Origin: Okamejei kenojei
Lineage: Eukaryota
NCBI GenBank assembly: GCA_035221665.1
Contig: CM069152.1
Location: forward strand, 13,516,001-13,580,000
Direction: 5' to 3'
DNA: 64,000 nt
The translations under genes and the position numbers were made by a program. This document shows, piece by piece, positions 52,501 to 61,500 of this stretch. The stretch's first letter is position 1. Each line of letters opens with the position of its first letter. The notes under the pieces were generated by a model. That model ran no database searches. It saw only the letters and a list, made by a program, of their open reading frames with translations, and had not been told where the DNA came from.

Positions 52501-55500
52501 GGTGATGGTAAGTGTTGACTTTTTCCCCGACGTGAGGTGGACGTGCATTCACTTCCAGGAATCGTTGGAGTGTGAATTTATTCCCTCGTGCATGTGTGCA
52601 TTCGACGTATGTGTGTGCTGCTTCCTCACAGCTCGCTTACTGTCCTCTTGATTATTTATGACTGTCCTTAGACCGTTGCTACGGATGTATAGTCAGAAAG
52701 AAGGTGATATACCTGGAGGAATTAAGAAAACACATTCCTGATTTTGGTGGGTGTAAAGCTTAACAGTTTTGCGTTGTGATTGCTTGTTTGTGTGCTAGTC
52801 ATTCCTCCCACTTTCTGTAGGTGAGGATTATTTGTATTTTAATAGTGTGGGGGACTCCTCCACTGATTGCAATAATGGAGATGTCTGCTCCTCAATTTCA
52901 ATCCCGCACACAGGGTTTGTTTGGTCCAGTGTGGGTGATGAAGATCTAGTGTGCAATGTCCTGAGATTTTTTTGTCCAGTCAGATGGAGTCCAGATTCCC
53001 GCACTTTGAAAGTGAATGTGCCAACTGGGAAGAGGTTTGTTCTACCCTCTGTGGCCAGTTTGCTAATTGGAAATATATTGAGAATCTCCAACATCTCTGA
53101 GTCTAGGAGATGAGGATGAAAACTGGACAAAAACATCAGAAAACCATGTTTTTTGAAACACTATTACTTTATTGAGGTACATCATCGTTGTGTTAATGTC
53201 CACATCCCTATGTTGCTTCTTCATCATTTGTTATTTCTAAGCTACTCCATCATAACATATTACTCCACCATCTTACTGTGTTTGTTACTTTTCCATATAA
53301 CATGGTTACTTTTCCATTTCATAGCATTACTCAATCTCAATGTGTGTTTTTGTCCTTCTCACATTGTTCATTCTCCAGTTTCAATGTTACTCATTTATCT
53401 TGAGTTGAGGCTTCAGTTGGGACAACCTTGATCATATTGAATGCACAGCCAGGCTTGAAGGGTCTGATTTAAGTAAACATGGTCTACCTCTTTGTTTTCT
53501 TGTGTTATCTTGGACTGGTGTGTGCATGGTTGCTGTGTTTAATGCATTCTGATGTTGTTCAATTTTAAACCTAGCCCATTATATATTCACACCCTTCAGA
53601 CTCAATTAGGGTCATTCTTTTGTTGGTGCAGGGATCTTGGCATCACTCCCGAGTTCACCACTTATAGATAATTTCTAATTACCCTTGAGAAGGTAGCAGT
53701 GAACCTCCTTCTTGAAATACTGCAGTACCATCAGTGAAGACACGCCCACTGTGTTATTGAAAAGGAGTTTCAAGAATTAGACCCAGAAACAGTGACGATT
53801 GTTTCAAACAACATTGAAGGATCAGCTCCATTGATAGTTTTGGAATTACATGTAGACCAGACCAGACAAAAATCTTCACCCACCCCAAATACCCAAAGGC
53901 TGATCATGACCCAAATGGATTTCAACGGCAATCTGGAAATTGATGATTATTAGTACTGGTGGCAGATTCTTTTTTAAAGATTCAGAATTATTAACTGAAT
54001 TTAACTTCCGCAGCTACGATGGTTGGATTTGAACACTGGTCTCTAGATTGGCACTCAAGCCTTTATAATACTACTCCAGCAATTTCACACTGCAGGGCCA
54101 CTGACCCTGTCATTGTTCTTTAGAGGTGACATTCAAGGCAAAATAACCCATCTACGCTAGTCCCATTTGCCTGTATTTGACTGGTATCTAAACGTGAGAA
54201 ACATAAGGAACTGCAGATGCTAGAATCTTGAGCAAAACACAAAGTATTGGAGGGCTTGGCAGGTCAGTCAGGATCTGAGGAGGGAATGGACAGGTGCCTT
54301 TTTTGGTCAGGACCCTTCAGCAGACCTTCCTTGTCCATGTACCTGTCCAAATGTCTTTAAAATGTTGTTATAATACTTGCCTCAATCATTTCCCCTGGCA
54401 GTTCGTCCATATGCATGCTACCCTATATATGGAAATGTTGCCCTTCAGGTTCCTATTAAATCTTTTCCCTATCTTATTAAACCTACACATCCTAATTTTT
54501 GATTAGGGGAGGGGGGAAGCTTTGTGCATTCACCCTAACTTTGTCCCACATAAATTTATACACCTCCATAAGATTACTCCCACAGACATGCGGTCCACCT
54601 GTTGGAGGGTCCCCAAGCTTCCCCAACCATGACCACCTTGATGCTCATAAGCCATAGGTGCGGGTTAGTAATTGAATTGCTGGTTGAAGGGATGCTCCCC
54701 TGAGGTGGATCTGTGAGCAGGTACCATGCAGGTAAAATGACAGCCAGCTAGTGGATGTATTTTAAAAGAGAGTTTGTAAGAGTTTGGACAGGGGGTTTTG
54801 TCTGTCCCGTCCCTCTTTCCTCTTTACACGAGCTACCTTCCCTTGCACTTTTGATCTAAAACGTTGATAATTTTAATACATCCACAGATGCTGCTCAACC
54901 TGCTGAGTTGCTCAAGCAGATTGTTTGTTGCTCCAGATTGCAGCATCTGCAATCTCTCATGTCTGCATCACCTTTACATTTGCGACCTGCGTTGAAGAGT
55001 GCTGAACAGAGCAATAGATCTTGAGCAGTAAACTTTCTGCACACTCCAAAGACGTACAGGTTGTAGGTTGATTCGGTAAAGTTGTAAATTGTTCCTCAAG
55101 TGTAGGATAATGCTAGTTACTGTATAGGGTGATTGCTGGTCGGCATAGACTTGGTGGGCCGAAGGGCCTGTTTCCGCATTGTAACTCTAATGTCTAATAA
55201 CTGATGGGCACTGCAGAGGCTGGAATGTACCCAAGCCAAAGAGGACAAGATATTGTGTTGCTTTGTTTCATTTACTATATTTACTTTAAGCTAAACAGTT
55301 TAGTTTAGTTTAGGGATACAGTGTGGAAACAAGCCCTTCGGCCCACAGAGTATGTGCCAACCAGCAATCACCCATATATCAGTTCCATCCTACACACTGG
55401 GTACAATTTGCAGAAGCCAATTAAACTACAAACCTACATACCCTTGCACTATGGGAGGAAAAAACCCAGGTGGTCGTAAGAAGAATGTACAAACTCTGTA

Positions 55501-58500
55501 CAGCCAACGCCCGTAGTCAGAATCAAACCCGGGTCTCTGGCACTGTAAGGCAGCAACTCTACTACTGTGCCACTGTGCCGGCCCAGCAGAACATGAAAAT
55601 GAGAAGTTGACAAAATGAAGGGCAGGACCTAGTGACCAAAAATCATGGGTTCTATGGGACGGGCTAATTCAATGGAGCATGTTTGTTGTCACATACTGTA
55701 CAAATTCATCTGGAAGTGGCAATCTGCATCAGCTTTGAGCAGGTTGGGAGTGTGGTCAGTGCCCTTGCAGGCATGAGGTAGCTTGTGGAACTGGAGGACC
55801 TCATCATGTTGCTGCAGCTTCTGATGGAAGACTAACTAGGTTTCCAGCACTTGCATCCCACTCGTAGAGCTCAGCACTCATCATCTGAATGAACGTGACT
55901 GAGATGAATGAAGAGGCATGCACCGCCTACAAAAAACAGTGTTAAAATAATGAACCTTTGCTTGTTTGGACAGGATGGAAGTTTGGAGCTTTCCACGGCA
56001 GGTCTGGGCTGGTTCCTCTAGAATATGTGCAGCCCGTGGCTGCTCCAGATTTTATCCACCTGAGCACAGACAAGAAGGAAGAACCAAAGGACAAGAAGGG
56101 CAAAGTGGCAGCTTCCTCTTCAGCCCTAGTGGCAGCTGCTGTGGGATCAACGGCAGCCGCTGAGGAACTTGACAGGAAAACAGAGGTGCAGAACGGCATT
56201 CCTTTATTCTGTACTGTTGTTCTTGGTAATATTACATTGACCATTTCATGGAGAGGAGCAATCTCTTCAGCAACATGCGGTTGGACGTGCAAGGGCAAGG
56301 CAATGCATAAAGTTATCAATCTGCTATAGTGAATGTAACATAGATGATTAAATGGCTTGTGGTTGCAAACGTTTCCCTCAGCTCCATCATACTCAGTCAC
56401 CCCATTTGAGGATCTGAAACTTATATTTATAAACAGTCATTTATTTTTAGGCGAATTACAGCAAAATGTCCAAGATGTCCAAAGTAGAAAATTATAGCAG
56501 CAATCTGTTAATGAAGAACAGCCAGGGATTTTCAAACTGAAAACAATCTTTGCTTCTGAGTTATCTGTTACAGTATGTTCTACAATATAAGTTATCTATT
56601 ACAGTACAGTCTTACAGTACTTGAATTCACTACATAAGGGAGATGTAGAATCCACCAGGTTTCCTGCTTCAGACCATGTTCAGTGGCCCTTTTAAAAAGT
56701 ATGGACGTCAGGTTAAGATGAGCTGTGACTGATTTCCACATAAAATACTCTATCCCCTTGAACATAATGAAACGCCCAGAGGCATTATCAACAAGATTGG
56801 TTAACAGTGCATCATTATTAGCAGGAGTGAATTCTATGGTTCAATGGTACTTTATTGTCCCATGTCACCTAGATATAGTAATATTCTTTATTCAGCAAAA
56901 TCATACTATACATAAACACAATCTACAAACACATTACTACAAAAGTGCAATGATTGTAATGTAAGAATAGTAGACTTCACTGGTGTGCAGAGAATTGTGC
57001 ATTGTCAGTAACAGGGAGATTGGGTGGAAACATAGTCAGTTCTGGCACAAGTGGAAAGTCTGATGAAGGGTCTCTACCCGAAACATCGCCCATTCCTTCT
57101 CTCCAGAGATGCTGCCTCACCTGTCGAATTACTCCAGCATTTTGTGTCAACTTGGAAAGATTGGTGCCATGGTCAGCTGGAATGGATCATTCAGCAGAAT
57201 TCTTACTGACTCACGAGGCTCTGGATTAAACAGACTTGTGCCTATCATTGTTTTAATCTAACTGCAGATTTCATGGAATGCATGACTTTGAATCTTTTCT
57301 GCAGGCCTCCCCTCCAGTCGATGAATTTGTGGACAGTATTCCTGAATATGGCATTCAGGATAGCCAATACACCATGATAGAATTTGCAAATAAATACTTC
57401 CGCCAGTCACCTAAGTTTAAAAGGTGAGTGAATAACAAGTATTGATCAGTGAACTTTCAGTAGCACCAACATGCAGCCTTGTGTCCCCACCACACAGATT
57501 ATTCCACAGATCCCAAGTGTGCCTATTTTGCTTTTGTGCTTTGTCTCCTTTTCTAGCATAAACCTGGTTAAGATCTCTCACTCAGCATTGTCCTAATGCT
57601 TTCTCTGCAATCTCTAAACCTGTTCTCATTTGCTCAGCAAATCTTGCTCAATATTCCTGGCTGTGGGATTTACTTTGTGGAGTTTGCTTGTGCTCTCCCT
57701 CTCTCCATCTGTCTCTTACATGTACCACTGTCATCTGACGTTAACTAGGTTGAAAACACTATTAGATGAGAAAGTAATTTTTACTTACTCTGTCAGATTA
57801 CCCTCAAAATTTTGGATAAGTGAATTCTTCCAGAGCACCAAGAAAGAATCTAGATTACAGATTGTCAGATGTACACAGTTGGTTGCATAGCACTTTTTTG
57901 AGGGTATGTAACAAATGTTTAATGGATAGAAATGTATTAAATAGATTGCAAAATCATTTAGGAACAATTTATTAAAACCAGCCACAAAGGTTTCTCAGGA
58001 AAATTATCACCTCGCTATAAATCAGCAATGAAGAATGACTTACATTTCTGTAGTCCTTTCCCAACATGATTTAAAGCAGTGAAAGTAATTTTGGATTACA
58101 GTAATCTTTCTAATGTAGTAAAATCATTATTAGATGTGAAATATTAACTGAGGCAGTGACCAGATATAATAAATTATTGGAGTTACTCTAACTCTGTGAG
58201 AGACTGACTTGTTTAGCAATTTTGATTACCAATCTGTGTGATTCACAATGTTTAGAGCTTACATGATCTCACGTCTGCATGAGGTTGGTTGAGTCAATCT
58301 CCTTCCTTCCCTGGACACACTTCTGAAGTAGCAAATCCTGGTGTTGCCTGTTTCTTTGGATCTTGAGGTCTGAAAATAATGCAGCTTTGATGAGCATTCC
58401 CTCCCACCTTTGCCGAATTCTTTCCAATGAAAGAACACTGATCGCACAGTTTAGCTTCTAGCATCCAGTCTCTGCATTAAGGCAACTTTCTGCTAAAAAG

Positions 58501-61500
58501 TATATAAACTCGATAGTCTAGCAATGTCCTATTTTCCTTGCTATTCTATAACAATATTAATCTAGGTGATGCACAACAGTACAAATTCAAGTCGGTGTTG
58601 TGGTATAAGCTTGCATCTCTAGAAGGGGGAAGCCTCTCCGTCCAAGAAAGACCTCAAGAAATTGCGGAGAAATGTAGACGCAGTCCAGACCATCACAGAA
58701 GAAGAAGGGGTTTGACCCGAAACGTTGCCTATTTCCTTCGCTCCAGAAATGTTGCCTCACCCGCTGAGTTTCTCCAGCATTTTTGTCCACCTTCAATTTT
58801 CCATCATCTGCATTTCCTTCTTAAACACAAATCAACCTCCCTTCCATTGACTCATTTTACACCCCATGCTGCCTCGGCAAGGCCATCAGCATAATCAAGG
58901 ACGAGGTACAGAAGTGTGAAAAAGCACACCTCCAGATTCAGGGACAGTTTCTTCCCAGCTATTATCAGGCAACTGAACCATTCTATCAACAACTAGCTAC
59001 TGTCTACCTTATTGGAGACCCTCAGATTATCTTTAATTGGACTTTATCTTGCACCAAATGATATTTCCCTGATCATGTATCTGTACACTGTGGATGGCTC
59101 AATTATCATCATGTATGGTCCTTCCACTAACTGGTCAGCACGCTACAGAAGAGTTCACTACCTCAGTGCGGGTGATAATGGACTAAACTAGACTAAACCA
59201 GGGAAAAATAAAATATGAAGCAATAGATCATTAATTACTCAGAAACATAATAAATGGAAAATAAAAACTACGCATGTGTAAAATGCCCTAAAATACTGTT
59301 CTTTGAATATTTTGTTTTTGCAGTGAATCTAACAAAGAGAAATCTAAAAAATCAAAAGATCAGAAAGATCTGTCAGAGCTGGTGAAGTACACCAAGGTAA
59401 GTGTTGTCTGGATCTGTTGTCTGCTCATTGTGATGCCATAGCTAGCAGCTGCTAGTCAATAACAATATATGAAAGGCCCTGGTTATAGGATCTCACTGAT
59501 GAAGGGTGATGCTGGTTGACAAAGCAGGGAGGCTGTACAGCACAGCACTCTCAGGTAGCCTATAATTAATGTTCAGAAACTTTCAAGTACAATTCTACAA
59601 TACTTTTTTTTGCATCGGTTAATGATGGCATTACAACCCCAGAGCAATAGAATCATAGAGACATAGCATGGAAACAGACCCTTCAGCCCACCAACTCTGC
59701 ACCAATTATCAAACACACACTAACAAGAATCTTTCATTAAGCCGAGTACTCTGTACTCCATTGTCGATTAACCCGATTTTGGGCAGAAGCTACAAAAGTG
59801 TGAATGTACTCACCACCAGATTGAGGAACAGCTTCTTCCCCTCTGATAATAATCAGACTACTGAATGGTCCTCCAGCTAGGGTGTAGTCCGGAAGTGGCG
59901 GCGCTGCGTGGCAGCTGCGGCTCACCTGCAGTCCATCTGTTTTATTTCTTTTTTTTGTCTTTTTGTGTCTGTTTTAGTTAGAATTTTTGGTTTATTAGGT
60001 TGTGTTTGTGTATGGGGGGGAGGGGGAGGGTGGGAGAAACAAGGTTTTAGTCTCTCCCTTCGGGGGGATGCGACCTTTTCTTGTCGTGTCCCCCGTCATC
60101 GTCTCCGTCTGTGCTGAGGCCTAATGGCGGAGGCCTAATGGCGGAGCTGGCGGCCTCGGAGCTGTGGCGAGCGTTCAGAGCTCCAGTGTTCCAGCGGCGG
60201 CAGCGGCCCGGCTTCAGAACTCCGGTGCTCCAGCGACGTTCCAGCGGTGCTCCAACCCGGCTTCAGAGCTCCGGTGCTCCAGCGGCGTTCCAGTGGTGCT
60301 CCAACAGCGGCCCGGCTTCAGAGCTCCGGTGCTCCAGCAGTTGCTCCAGCGGTGCTCAAGCGGCGGCCCGGCTTCAGAGCTCCGGCCCTCCAGCGGTGCT
60401 CCAACGGTGGCCCGGCTTCAGAGCTCCAGTGCTCCAGCAGTTGCTCCAGTGGTGCTCCAACGGTGGCTCGGCTTCAGAGCTCCAGTGCTCCAGCAGTTGC
60501 TCCAGCGGTGCTCCAGCGGTGGTCCAGCTTCAGAGCTCCGGTGCTCCAGCAGTTGGTCCAGCGGTGCTCCAGCGGCGGCCCGGCTTCAGAGCTCCGGCGC
60601 TCCAGCGTTCCAGCGGGAGACCATGATTCAGAGCTGTGGCAGTGTTCCAGCAATCCGGCGATGGTGGTGGTGGCAGCCCGGCATCGGAGGCTCGGCCGCG
60701 GGCCTAGTGGACGATAACATCGGAGGCCTGGATCGCCTCAGTGCAGAGGGAGAACAAGTAGGGAAGAAGACAAACACTTTAAGACCTTTGCCTTCCACCA
60801 CAGTGAGGAAGTGCCTGGTGAACTCACTGTGGTGGATGTAAAATATGTGTTTATTGTGTGTTTTGTTTTAATTTATTATATGTTATGACTTCAAGGTAAC
60901 AATATTTCGTTCAGACCGATAGGTCTGAATGACAATAAAGGAATCTAATCTAATCTAATCTAATCTAATCTAGTCCCGATCTTCCAACCTACCTCCTTGC
61001 AGACATTGGACTTTTTCTCTGTAACTGTAATGGTACATTGCTTAACACTATATTCTGCACTTTAGTATTTTTCTTTTTGCATTACCTATTGTACTTGTGT
61101 GTGGCTTGATTGTATTGATGTATATAGTAGTATGATTCGATTTGACTGGATAGCACACAAATATAAACTTTTCACTGGATCTCGGTTCCCGTGATAATAA
61201 TAAACTAATGCCTATACCAATGATTTGTCCGTGAGTGAATGGAAACGCCTCCGATTCAGAATTCTCTCCAACATATGGGTCCCTACCAAAATATTCATGG
61301 GTTGATACTGCCAGAAAGGAGCACTGCAAATGAAATGGCATCATTCTATGTAAAGGTGATTCATGCTAAAAGTTGTCAGGTCAATTTTTTAGAAGGATGA
61401 CCAAGGAAACTGTGGTCATTGTATTTCAAAACCGAAAAGATTATTTTGTGATTACATGCATAATACTTTTTTATGTATAAAAGTATTGTATGAGACAGAG

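Noticed and set aside
60160-60620. CRISPR-like repeat-spacer appearance
   Set aside because: The intervening sequences are themselves repeats; vertebrate intron with no cas genes
60081-60841. Three long overlapping ORFs (181, 225 and 156 aa)
   Set aside because: Caused by a stop-free GC-rich tandem repeat; translations are repetitive with no domain evidence
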